A stretch of DNA of 29,211 nt from a virus. Its lineage: Duplodnaviria; Caudoviricetes. Positions 18,724-27,047 of the stretch are shown here, piece after piece; position 1 is the stretch's first letter; each line of letters starts with the position of its first letter. Location of the stretch: the IMG/VR virus record IMGVR_UViG_3300024986_000007, positions 1 through 29,211 of that record; one strand, written 5' to 3'. The position numbers and the translations under genes were made by a program. The notes under the pieces are model-generated. The model was not told the origin of the DNA. It did no database searches and was given only the letters and a program-made list of their open reading frames with translations.

Positions 18724-18738
18724 GGCACGAAAAAGGGC
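18715..18738. repeat. 24-bp direct repeat copy 2
   Basis: Identical to 18293-18316. Confidence 0.95.
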
Positions 18739-18762
18739 CGGACGATCGCTCGGCCGGCCCTT
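18730..18762 (-). terminator. intrinsic terminator ending head operon
   Basis: Minus strand GGGCCGG-c-CGA-GCGA-TCG-t-CCGGCCC-TTTTT. Confidence 0.85.
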
Positions 18763-18788
18763 CCCCCTTCCGCCCGCAGGCGTAACAA

Positions 18789-19283
18789 TTAGCTGCCCTG
18801 GAGAGCAGCCTTGCGCGCTTCGAGCGCTTCGAGCGCCCCGCTGCGCGATTTCCCGTCCTTCTCGGCGGCAATCAGGGCGTCCACGGCGCCGACGTCCCCG
18901 ACGGTTTCGAGATAGGCCGTGAGGTCGGGAATGCTCTGGTCGAGCGGACCCGGATCCGGCTGCCCGGCCTGGCCTGCATTCCCCGCGGCCGCGGCGCCCG
19001 CTTTCAGCTGCTCGACTTCTGCGCGCAGCGCAGCGATGTCAGCGTCACGGGCGTCGAGCGCTTTCTGGAAGTCGGCTGCGCTCGCGTCGCCCTTGCCGAC
19101 AACGTCGCCCTTGGCGGGCGCCGGCGTATGCTTGGGCCGCTCGACGACGTTGCCGTCCTTGTCGAGCAGATCCATCCAGCTGCCCTGCGGGATGTTCGTG
19201 GTGAACACCTCGCCTTCGACGCGGATCTTGTCGCCGTCATAGCCTTCGGCATTGGCGCGATAGGTTTTGAATTCGTCCGCCAT
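18789..19283 (-). CDS. hypothetical head-module protein (small beta domain, coiled coil, C-terminal helical hairpin)
   Basis: GGAGG SD; directly follows the cement gene. Confidence 0.75.
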   Translation of the reverse strand: MADEFKTYRANAEGYDGDKIRVEGEVFTTNIPQGSWMDLLDKDGNVVERPKHTPAPAKGDVVGKGDASAADFQKALDARDADIAALRAEVEQLKAGAAAAGNAGQAGQPDPGPLDQSIPDLTAYLETVGDVGAVDALIAAEKDGKSRSGALEALEARKAALQGS

Positions 19284-19284
19284 C

Positions 19285-19731
19285 TTACTGGCCTCCCACG
19301 AAGTTGGTATGGCGGGCGGCGACGACGCCCGCGGTGATCTTCCCGGTCGTCGGGGCGGTGCCCGTGACGTCGTAGAAGAGCCGCATGTTGCGCTCGTTGG
19401 TGCCCTCCGGGATGTAATCCGGGAAAGCCAGCTGCTTGCCGATGGTGAGCTCGGCGAGCAGATAGCTCGCTTTTGCCACCGTCTTGGGCGAGCCGAAGGC
19501 GGGATCGCTGTCGACCTGCAGCTGCACCTCGAGGCTGGTCAGGTTGTTGAACGTCTCGGTCACGTTGATCGAGAGCGGGACCTTGCAGCCCTTGCCGATA
19601 TCGCGCACGAGGGCGGCCGATGCACCGAACGGGGTGCCGGTGGCGCCGAGGTCGATGCTGTTCGTCGAAGCGGCATCGGCCGTGATGGCCTGATCCTCGC
19701 CGAACATGTTGGTGATGTCCATGATGCTCAT
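19285..19731 (-). CDS. capsid cement/decoration protein, Bbp16-like
   Basis: DQAITADAASTNSIDLG...RLFYDVTGTAPTTGKITAGVV jelly-roll pattern, directly after the major capsid gene. Confidence 0.85.
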   Translation of the reverse strand: MSIMDITNMFGEDQAITADAASTNSIDLGATGTPFGASAALVRDIGKGCKVPLSINVTETFNNLTSLEVQLQVDSDPAFGSPKTVAKASYLLAELTIGKQLAFPDYIPEGTNERNMRLFYDVTGTAPTTGKITAGVVAARHTNFVGGQ

Positions 19732-19752
19732 CTGTCTTCTCCTGGAAGACCG

Positions 19753-19779
19753 AAGGCGACGCCGAGCGGGCGTCGCCCC
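19753..19779 (-). other. GC-rich intergenic hairpin after major capsid gene
   Basis: GGCGACGCC-N5-GGCGTCGCC perfect 9-bp stem with no long U-tract; possible mRNA stabiliser or attenuator. Confidence 0.6.
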
Positions 19780-19785
19780 GGTTCG

Positions 19786-20802
19786 TTAAGCGACCGCAGC
19801 CTCGGTGTTGAGGATGTTGTCGGTGTCGCGGATCGGGATGCCGCGCCACGTCATCACCTCTTCGCCCTGGATCTCGCGCGGTTTCAGGCGGACGAAGTTG
19901 TCCGACGAACCCGCGTTCGTTCCCTCGGCATCGAGCGCTTCGAGCAGGGTGCGGTTCATGTAGATGACCGTGCGGGTGGCGCCGATAATGCCGCCCTGGT
20001 TCTCCATGCCGTAGTTGCGGCGGCCCTGCAGCTTGTAGAAAAGCTTGCGGAGCAGCGGATTGACCGCCTTGGTGCCGGCGATGACATCGGACACGTCGAT
20101 GTTGGCGACGCGGCCGCTGTAGCGCCAGTCCTTGACGGTCACGCCAGCATGCTGGGTGAACATCTCGTCCTTGGCGTAGTAGGGATTGCCGTTCGCATCG
20201 AGGACACGGTGCTCGCCCTTGTCTTCGCGGTCGACACCAGCCGCCACGCCCTGCGGGGTGATGACCGAGGTCGCCTGGTCGCCCCAGGTGATCATGGCGA
20301 TCGACGTATTGTCCGAGCCCGAGCCGCCACCGTTCACCACGTTCGGGTTGGCGAGCGTGTTGTACCGGGCGAAAAAGCCGTGGAACTTGCGCGGCGCCGA
20401 GCCGATGTTCGAGTACCAGAAGGTCTTTTCGAACTCCTGTGCCATCGCTTCGAGGAACGCGGTCGATTCGGACATGCGAACCTTCGCCGCATTCTCGCCC
20501 GCGATCTTGAGCAGGCGGCTGTCGACGGTCGACAGGCCCTCGACGAAGCCGGTGACGTCGTCGACCTGCGTCGTGGTCGACTTCGACTGCTTGATGCCCT
20601 CATAGAGCGCGCCCCAGCTGACGCTGGGCAGACCGGTGCGGATGTTCGACCGGTGCTTCGTCCCCATGTTGCAGGTGATGACGTTCGCATCCTTCATGAT
20701 CGGATTGAGCGTGTGCAGCGCCTCGACGATGTCGCCGAGCTCGTTGCCTTCCTGCTTCATCACGTCGATGAGGCTGAGATAGGTGTTGCCGATGATAGCC
20801 AT
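19786..20802 (-). CDS. major capsid protein (BPP-1/epsilon15-like HK97 fold)
   Basis: IVEAL...NPIMKDA, RTGLPSVSW, VKDWRYSGRVANID and WRGIPIRDTDNILNTEA motifs. Confidence 0.92.
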   Translation of the reverse strand: MAIIGNTYLSLIDVMKQEGNELGDIVEALHTLNPIMKDANVITCNMGTKHRSNIRTGLPSVSWGALYEGIKQSKSTTTQVDDVTGFVEGLSTVDSRLLKIAGENAAKVRMSESTAFLEAMAQEFEKTFWYSNIGSAPRKFHGFFARYNTLANPNVVNGGGSGSDNTSIAMITWGDQATSVITPQGVAAGVDREDKGEHRVLDANGNPYYAKDEMFTQHAGVTVKDWRYSGRVANIDVSDVIAGTKAVNPLLRKLFYKLQGRRNYGMENQGGIIGATRTVIYMNRTLLEALDAEGTNAGSSDNFVRLKPREIQGEEVMTWRGIPIRDTDNILNTEAAVA

Positions 20803-20817
20803 TGGGAAATTCCCCCT

Positions 20818-21699
20818 TTAGTCGTTGGGATAGAGACGCTTCGCAACATCACCTTTCGCGCCGGGCGCCGAAGCATCCGCCCGCACGAAATCACCGTCCT
20901 CGGACACGAGCTCGCCCAGCTTTGCAGCCATGCGGATCATGTCGGGATGGTTGCCGAAGCCCGTCTGCTCGAGCGCGAGCCGGAACGGGTGAGCCTCGAC
21001 ATTCTTGTCCTTGTCGGCCTTGACGAACCCGAGCGCGTCGAGCCCCTTGGCGGCCATGTGCATGGTGGCGTCCCACTTCGCGCCGCCGATATCCTCGGCC
21101 GCCTTCGCGCTATCGAGCCACTCCTTGCGCTGGGCATTGCCCTTCGCGACGATGTCGTTGACCGTCGCGTCGACGGCGCGGTCCATCATTTTCGCCGCGA
21201 TCGGCACGAACTTCTTCGCCTGGTCGTTGGTCAGGTTGAGCTCGCGCAGGATCGGCTCGGCTTCGCCGACAATCTCGGGATCGAGCTCGACGCCCTCGAC
21301 CGAGAGGTCGTAGGCTTCGGGCGCGCCCTCGGAGCCATCGCCGTCGCCGTCGCCGGATCCGTCACCGTCCCCGGCGTCGTCGCCGTCATCTCCGCCGTCA
21401 CCAAGCGCGGTGCCGCCGCTGCCGTCGTCATCGCCGGCGCCGCCGCCATCACCAGCGCCGGCATCAGCGTCGCCCGTGCCGCCGTCGCCGGTACCAGCAT
21501 CGCCAGTCCCCTGATCGCCAGCGCCTTCGCCGCCTCCGGAGCCGCTGTCACCGCCGCCGCTGCCGTCGCCGTGATCGTCCGGCGCACGCATGAAGCGGCC
21601 CATTGCGCGCTCGACAGGCGACATGAACGCGGCAGAGGCCAGCAGACCAGCGCGCAGCGCGGTCGATTTAGTCGGGAATATCGTCGTAGCGGTCCGCAT
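20818..21699 (-). CDS. capsid scaffolding protein
   Basis: G/D low-complexity N-region, APEAYDL, ELNLTNDQAKK, TGFGNHPDMIR, SED and terminal LYP motifs; precedes the major capsid gene. Confidence 0.85.
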   Translation of the reverse strand: MRTATTIFPTKSTALRAGLLASAAFMSPVERAMGRFMRAPDDHGDGSGGGDSGSGGGEGAGDQGTGDAGTGDGGTGDADAGAGDGGGAGDDDGSGGTALGDGGDDGDDAGDGDGSGDGDGDGSEGAPEAYDLSVEGVELDPEIVGEAEPILRELNLTNDQAKKFVPIAAKMMDRAVDATVNDIVAKGNAQRKEWLDSAKAAEDIGGAKWDATMHMAAKGLDALGFVKADKDKNVEAHPFRLALEQTGFGNHPDMIRMAAKLGELVSEDGDFVRADASAPGAKGDVAKRLYPND

Positions 21700-21976
21700 G
21701 CTTCTTCTCCTCGGGTTTCGAAGGGGGGTTGAGGGCTGTCAGGATGATTGCGTTGATGGTCGCCAGCGCCTCGGGTGTGCGCAGGGCCTTCGGCTGGCCG
21801 CGATCGGCTAGCTGCAGCAATTCCAGCCCCAGGCTTCGACGTCCCTCGAACAGAGCGAGATCACGCGGGTCATGCCCATTGGCTGGCTCCCAGATGCCAG
21901 CCAGTTGAATCGCTTCAAAGAGGAATTGTCTGAACTCGGGGACGGAGAGCAGAAGCTGGATTTCGCGATCGGTCAT
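21668..21976 (-). CDS. Bbp19-like small head-module protein
   Basis: LLSVPEFRQFL...ALFEGRRSLGLELL motif, between portal and scaffold. Confidence 0.8.
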   Translation of the reverse strand: MTDREIQLLLSVPEFRQFLFEAIQLAGIWEPANGHDPRDLALFEGRRSLGLELLQLADRGQPKALRTPEALATINAIILTALNPPSKPEEKKHADRYDDIPD

Positions 21977-23604
21977 CAGGCACCGAGCAGCGTATCGAGG
22001 AGCGGCGCGCCGCCGACGTCGGTTTCACTGAGCAGGCGGGCAGCGTCGGCGCCCTGTTGCAACGCGGGCGCGGCCTCCATCATCTTCGCCTGCTGCACCT
22101 GCTGCGCGCGCTGCTCGCGGATCTTGTTGGCGTCGGCGGTCGACCGGATGATCTTCGACGGCGTGCCCGCGCGCTGCGCATATTCGTCGATCGTCTGGTC
22201 GATATCGATCTTGTCCGCCGCCTCGGGGAAGGTGCCGGCGAGATTGCCCACGAACGACACGCTGCGCTCGATCTGGCCGATGCCGACCGCGCGCTGCATT
22301 TGCGTGAGGATCGATACGAACTCGACCTTGACTTCAGCATCGCGCAGCGCCGGCGGCGCGGGCGGCAGCATCCGGCCGCGCTCCATCAGGCTGAAGACGC
22401 GGTCGATCACGACCATCAGCTTTTCGGTGCTGACGCGCTCGATGACCGGGCCCAACTGCGTCAGCTTCTCTTCGTTGCGCTTGGCGATCTCTTCGATATT
22501 GCGCGGCTGGATGCCTCGCATGTTCGTGATTGCGTTGAACAGGTCAGCATAGAAAAGCGCGTCGATCTGTTCTTTGCATTTCTCGATTTCTTGCCGGATC
22601 GCTTCGACCGCCTGATAGGGCATCTGGTAGGGAACGATGATATTGTCCTTGAGGACACCGTTGCCCGTGACGATCGACCGCGGCTGGCCCGTCAGGCGCA
22701 CATGCGGCGGAACGATCTTCTCCGGATGCACCATGAGGTCGATCGCCTCATTGCGGCGCTTCGTCTGAAGCTGGAGCTCGCGGAGCGCGGGGAGCGCCTC
22801 CATGCCAGGCGCCGTGCCGTAGACATCGCTGCCGCTTACGTCCCAGCGCGGCGCCCAGAAGGGCTGTTCGCTATAACCGCTGATGCGCAGCGTGGCGTCG
22901 CGATCGTCGCTCGCGTCCCAGTAGACGCTGCGATAGTTGAAGCGGCCGGCCGTATCGGGCTCGATCGCCTGGTAGATCTCGACGTCCTTTTCATAGTCGC
23001 TGCGATCGAACGCGGTGCGGATCCACGGCTGCACCTTGTCGCCGAACGACATGACCGCCTGCCGCACGGTCATGGGGCAGAAACGATAGAGCGTGTCGGG
23101 CTGCATCGCGTCCGACAGTGCGATCCAATATTCGCCGAACGTCAGGCTGTGACAGACAGCGCCTTTGTCACGATGCTCAACCATGACGGTGGCCTCGGTA
23201 CCAAACAGGCCAGTTTCGCCGTAACCGGTTTTCGCCGCGCTGTAGAAGTTCGTCTTCGCGAGAAAGGCGTACATCGCTTTCTCAACGTCGCTCAACCATG
23301 TGCTGACACCTTCCAGCTCCATGACGTCATCAGCTACGCCAAGCGTAAACCAGGGCGTCGACTGGGACGAAAGGCCCGACGTCATGCCATTAGTCAGCGT
23401 GCGCGATGCGAGGATGCCGTGCGGATCGAGCAGGCGATTGTTCGCTTGGCGACGGCGGCCGCCCTTGTTCTTCTCGGTCGCGAGGAACCGCGATCGCGCC
23501 GGCTGCGCGAAGCGCGCGATGTCGCGGACCTCGCTCTCATAGTCCGCGCGAACGCTCTTCATCCCCGACAGGCGGGTTTCGCAGTCCTGTCGGATCGACG
23601 CCAT
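21976..23604 (-). CDS. portal protein (T7-like head-to-tail connector)
   Basis: GMTSGLSSQSTPWF, APRWDVSGSDVYG and EEKLTQLGPVIER motifs; 542 aa. Confidence 0.92.
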   Translation of the reverse strand: MASIRQDCETRLSGMKSVRADYESEVRDIARFAQPARSRFLATEKNKGGRRRQANNRLLDPHGILASRTLTNGMTSGLSSQSTPWFTLGVADDVMELEGVSTWLSDVEKAMYAFLAKTNFYSAAKTGYGETGLFGTEATVMVEHRDKGAVCHSLTFGEYWIALSDAMQPDTLYRFCPMTVRQAVMSFGDKVQPWIRTAFDRSDYEKDVEIYQAIEPDTAGRFNYRSVYWDASDDRDATLRISGYSEQPFWAPRWDVSGSDVYGTAPGMEALPALRELQLQTKRRNEAIDLMVHPEKIVPPHVRLTGQPRSIVTGNGVLKDNIIVPYQMPYQAVEAIRQEIEKCKEQIDALFYADLFNAITNMRGIQPRNIEEIAKRNEEKLTQLGPVIERVSTEKLMVVIDRVFSLMERGRMLPPAPPALRDAEVKVEFVSILTQMQRAVGIGQIERSVSFVGNLAGTFPEAADKIDIDQTIDEYAQRAGTPSKIIRSTADANKIREQRAQQVQQAKMMEAAPALQQGADAARLLSETDVGGAPLLDTLLGA

Positions 23605-23605
23605 A

Positions 23606-23791
23606 TCAGCCGAGCGTCGGGTTCGCGGTGTTGGGACTACCGAGCGCGCCCTGCGGCGACGTGATGATGCCCGCCATGATCGCGCGGCGGCGCTTCGAGC
23701 TATCCTTGGTGAGATCGAGCCCCTCGTCCGGCAGCTTCATCGACTGCCGTTCCGGCTGCGTCGGCATATCGGGGGTTTTCGGCGTGCACAT
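23606..23791 (-). CDS. small Pro-rich protein preceding portal
   Basis: AGGAG SD. The MC..PK.P start and IITSPQG...TLG end are typical of pre-portal proteins. Confidence 0.75.
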   Translation of the reverse strand: MCTPKTPDMPTQPERQSMKLPDEGLDLTKDSSKRRRAIMAGIITSPQGALGSPNTANPTLG

Positions 23792-23820
23792 TCGCGCGGC
23801 TCTCCTTTGTCCCGGAGAGC

Positions 23821-23850
23821 GTTACGGGGCGCCCCTATGGCTTTGAATCG
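23821..23850 (-). promoter_or_regulatory. putative late promoter for head operon
   Basis: CGATTCAA-agccataggggcgcc-CCGTAAC in the only gap between the terminase and portal modules. Confidence 0.7.
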
Positions 23851-23853
23851 GGC

Positions 23854-24042
23854 CTATAGCTCGTCGTAGCGGTCGCGCTGTTTCACCGACGGCGGGGGCA
23901 GCGACGGCATGGGGGTCAGCGGGTCGGCGTCATATCGGCGCCGGATGGTCGCGTAATTGCGGCGCACATAGTGGCGGTCGAGGCCGGACAGCTTGCACCA
24001 TTCCTCGAAGCTAGCGGCGTGTTCCTCAGGCAAGTTCGTCAT
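23854..24042 (-). CDS. hypothetical 62-aa protein ending DRYDEL
   Basis: GGAGG SD before ATG 24042 (MTNLPEE); overlaps the TerL 3' end. Confidence 0.6.
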   Translation of the reverse strand: MTNLPEEHAASFEEWCKLSGLDRHYVRRNYATIRRRYDADPLTPMPSLPPPSVKQRDRYDEL

Positions 24043-25534
24043 ATCGGTCGCCTCCGGCCGGCTGGCCATAATTCTCGGGGTTCAGATAATTTGGCACCGC
24101 GCGCGGCAGTACCGGATAGGCGAAGGTGCAGGCGAGCGCATCGCCCTCGTCGGGGCTGGCGAGACCGCGCTTTTTCATATCCTTTTTCTTTTCGAGGACG
24201 ATGCTCGTCTCGTCGGCGCCGAACGCATAGGTCGGACCTACCAGGTCATCGGCCAGTTGCTGATTTTCCGGAATGGCCCCGCCTTTGAGCCAGGCGCGCA
24301 TCTTCGTCCACATCTGGGTGCGCAGATTGCCCGTGTGGACCGTGACGCCGTTGTCGAGATAGGCCATGCCGCCCTCCCCGCCGAACCACACTTCGAAGAC
24401 GTTCGGCACCTCCAGCTGGCGCAGGCGATCGATCACGGCCGCGCCGATGTTGCCCGCGTCGACGAAGATCGCGTCGGGTTTCCACCGCATCGCCTCGAGC
24501 GCGATGTCGCCGGCGAGGAGCATGCTGTCCTGTTTGGTCCATTCCTTCCACGGCCGGGACTTCGCATCGCGGCCGCAGCGGATGGCGAGTACCGACTTGT
24601 CGTCGCCGAAGCGGGCGCAGTCGACGCCGAAGATGACGGGATCGCTGCCGAGCGACTGAACTTCGCGCTGCTGGGCGGCCTCGACGATGTCGGTGCCGAT
24701 GAATTGCATTGAGCTTGCTGAAGGGAACATGCCGCGGACGCGCACCTTTACGATATCGCTGTCTTCACCATAGGTTTTGACGAGCAGGTCGAGGAAAGCC
24801 TTGTTCGTGCCTTCGACGGTCCGGCTATCGATCTGGGCGGTGTGCCAGAGATTGCGGTTCTTGCCGAAGCACTGGCGGAATTCGCCGGTGTTGAGGGTCG
24901 GGTTGCCGAAGGCGATCCAGATGATCTCGGTGTCGGCGTCGGTGAGCGCACCAAGCGTGACTTCCCAGACCTTGTCGGCAATGCCCGAGGCTTCGTCATA
25001 GATGACGACGATGCGCTTGCCCTCGTTGTGCAGGCCCGCGAACGCCTCGGTATTGGTTACCGACCAGGTGACGAGATCGAGGCGCCAAGACTTGTCGCGG
25101 CCGGGGAGCGTGGAGACGAGGCTGGTCGCGTTATGCTTGAACCAGTCGCGCGTGATGGCGAGGCGCGACCATTTGCCGATCTCTGGCGAGGTCTTGGTGA
25201 GCAGCTGCGTCTCGGTATTCGCCGTGATGACGATGCGCGTGTCGACGCAAGTATCGAGCGCCCATTTCGAGATCATGCCGATCAGCGCCGACTTGCCGAT
25301 GCCGTGCCCCGACGCCTTCGCGCTGCGATAGGGCATGTGCCGGGTTTCCGGATTCTGCAGATGCGCGCCCAGCTGGCGGAGCTCATCCAGCTGCCACTGG
25401 CGCGGGCCGGGGTGCCGTTCGAGATCGGTTCCCTTCTTGCCCCATGGGAAGGCAAAGAGCGTATATCCCTCGGGGTCCCACCTGAATTCACCAATACGCT
25501 GAGCGAGCGCCAGCTGGGTATTAGCCCGCGCCAT
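24026..25534 (-). CDS. terL: terminase large subunit
   Basis: Walker A SGHGIGKS, Walker B VVIYDEASG, coupling FGNP, nuclease GVDCARFGDD and SPDEGDALA. Confidence 0.95.
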   Translation of the reverse strand: MARANTQLALAQRIGEFRWDPEGYTLFAFPWGKKGTDLERHPGPRQWQLDELRQLGAHLQNPETRHMPYRSAKASGHGIGKSALIGMISKWALDTCVDTRIVITANTETQLLTKTSPEIGKWSRLAITRDWFKHNATSLVSTLPGRDKSWRLDLVTWSVTNTEAFAGLHNEGKRIVVIYDEASGIADKVWEVTLGALTDADTEIIWIAFGNPTLNTGEFRQCFGKNRNLWHTAQIDSRTVEGTNKAFLDLLVKTYGEDSDIVKVRVRGMFPSASSMQFIGTDIVEAAQQREVQSLGSDPVIFGVDCARFGDDKSVLAIRCGRDAKSRPWKEWTKQDSMLLAGDIALEAMRWKPDAIFVDAGNIGAAVIDRLRQLEVPNVFEVWFGGEGGMAYLDNGVTVHTGNLRTQMWTKMRAWLKGGAIPENQQLADDLVGPTYAFGADETSIVLEKKKDMKKRGLASPDEGDALACTFAYPVLPRAVPNYLNPENYGQPAGGDRYDELA

Positions 25535-26348
25535 CCGCTACCCGCCTGTTCCCGGCCTGGAGCGCCTCGACCAGATCGTCGGTGACATCGTGCTCGAGCT
25601 TGTCCTTATACATGCCTAGGTGGCGCGCGACCTTGTCGAGCGCGGCCATCTGGTCGTGCACCTTCATCTCGAAGCCCGATTGCGTGACCTTCACCCCGGC
25701 ATAGAGCAGACGGGCATTGCCCTTCAGGTGGCGCGTGTCGTGGGCGTAGACGTCAGGCGTGCCTTCGCCGCGGCATTTCGGACATTTCGGGTGCGGCGGA
25801 TCCGAGCGCACGAAACCGAAGCCGCCGGCATCGCTCGGGAGCGGCTGCAGCGCGCCCGGTTTCTTTTTTGCCTTTTCGGCGTCGTTGGCCATGCGGGCGA
25901 CCATCAGCGCCTGCGTGAATTCAGCCTCGTCGATCCATTGATAGTCGAAGTTCTTGCCATAGCAGTAGCGGCAGCAGATGCGGCGGAACTGAATCACGTC
26001 GTTCGCGTCGGCGGTGGCGATCGCCCACCAGCGTTCGAGCACCATGTCTTGCGTGATTTCTGTGCGCTGCGACCGCTCGGCCATCGCCTTCTCGATCGCT
26101 GCGGCGACACTAACATTCGCTAACAGGCGCGCTGCCTGCTCATTCGCCGTGCGCGGGCTATAACCCGCGCGGATCGCCGCCTGGGTCGCATTGAGGTCGA
26201 CGAGATATTCGCGCACGAATGCAGCCTGTTTCGGGGTCAGGCCTGTCTCCGGATCGCGTGCAGGAGAGGCCGCGCGCTTCCTTGCGGATGCGGCGGGTTT
26301 GGCGGCTTTCTTCGATACAGCCTTTTTCGAGGCAGGCGCTTTAGCCAC
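25521..26348 (-). CDS. terS: terminase small subunit with zinc-finger insertion
   Basis: LTPKQAAFVREYLVDLNATQAAIRAGYS HTH; CRYC...CPKC. Likely GTG start at 26348 after GGAG. Confidence 0.9.
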   Translation of the reverse strand: MAKAPASKKAVSKKAAKPAASARKRAASPARDPETGLTPKQAAFVREYLVDLNATQAAIRAGYSPRTANEQAARLLANVSVAAAIEKAMAERSQRTEITQDMVLERWWAIATADANDVIQFRRICCRYCYGKNFDYQWIDEAEFTQALMVARMANDAEKAKKKPGALQPLPSDAGGFGFVRSDPPHPKCPKCRGEGTPDVYAHDTRHLKGNARLLYAGVKVTQSGFEMKVHDQMAALDKVARHLGMYKDKLEHDVTDDLVEALQAGNRRVADGAG

Positions 26349-26796
26349 GCTCCATCTCGACCTTCCAGCCGACATAGACCAGGTCGGCGAGCGCCTCGGA
26401 TAGGCTCACGCCGCGGCTGCTCGCCCATTTCAGGATCTCGGCGCTGACATCGGGATCGCGAGCCTTCACCGCGACGGGCGATGGCGTCGGGACTTCACGC
26501 GGCCGCGCGCGCCAATGCGGCGCGGTGTTGAGCGGTCGCGCGGTCCACAGGCCGGTTTCCACAATCATGATCTGGCGGCTGCGCTGGTACCGGCGCACTT
26601 CGATCAGCCCGCGCTGCTCCAGACGCTGCACCGCACCGACGGTACTGCTTACCGCCGAATAGCCAGAAACCTCGAGCAGATCATCGCAGGTCGGTGCAGG
26701 GCGCCCGGCATCGGCCGCCGCAACAAGCGCGCCGTAGATCTTCCGATCCTTGATCGGCAGGTCACAGATCAACGCGGCAACTTCTGCTTTATTCAT
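26341..26796 (-). CDS. LexA-like winged-helix DNA-binding protein
   Basis: APTCDDLLEVSGYSAVSSTVGAVQRLEQRGLIEV. Start MNKAEV at 26796 by ATGA overlap. Confidence 0.7.
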   Translation of the reverse strand: MNKAEVAALICDLPIKDRKIYGALVAAADAGRPAPTCDDLLEVSGYSAVSSTVGAVQRLEQRGLIEVRRYQRSRQIMIVETGLWTARPLNTAPHWRARPREVPTPSPVAVKARDPDVSAEILKWASSRGVSLSEALADLVYVGWKVEMERG

Positions 26797-27047
26797 CGAC
26801 GATGCTTCCCAACAATTCCCAGAAACTTGCGGCCGTGCGGCAGGATGGTGATGACCGCGCCGTTTCCGCAAACGGCGCGGTGCCCGGTTGGCAAAATGAC
26901 GGCGCCCCCGCCCATCCGGTCGCAAATGTCGAACGCAGGCCCGCTGAGCCGCTCGACGATGATGCGCGCAGGCACTTTGGCCACATGCTCACGGTACCGT
27001 CGGATAGCGTGCATCGTGACGACGATCGGGATACGGGCATCATCCAT
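26793..27047 (-). CDS. hypothetical protein (VTxHAxxRYxE motif)
   Basis: GGAGG SD before MDDARIP at 27047; overlaps neighbours on both sides. Confidence 0.65.
   Translation of the reverse strand: MDDARIPIVVTMHAIRRYREHVAKVPARIIVERLSGPAFDICDRMGGGAVILPTGHRAVCGNGAVITILPHGRKFLGIVGKHRR

Noticed and set aside
21330-21580. GCC/GTC-rich quasi-repeats as a CRISPR or tandem array
   Set aside because: They encode the Gly/Asp low-complexity region of the scaffold; there is no repeat-spacer structure.
21905-21912. Seventh TTGAATCG copy
   Set aside because: Intragenic (Ala-Ile-Gln codons) with no TA element at 17-18 nt; probably chance.
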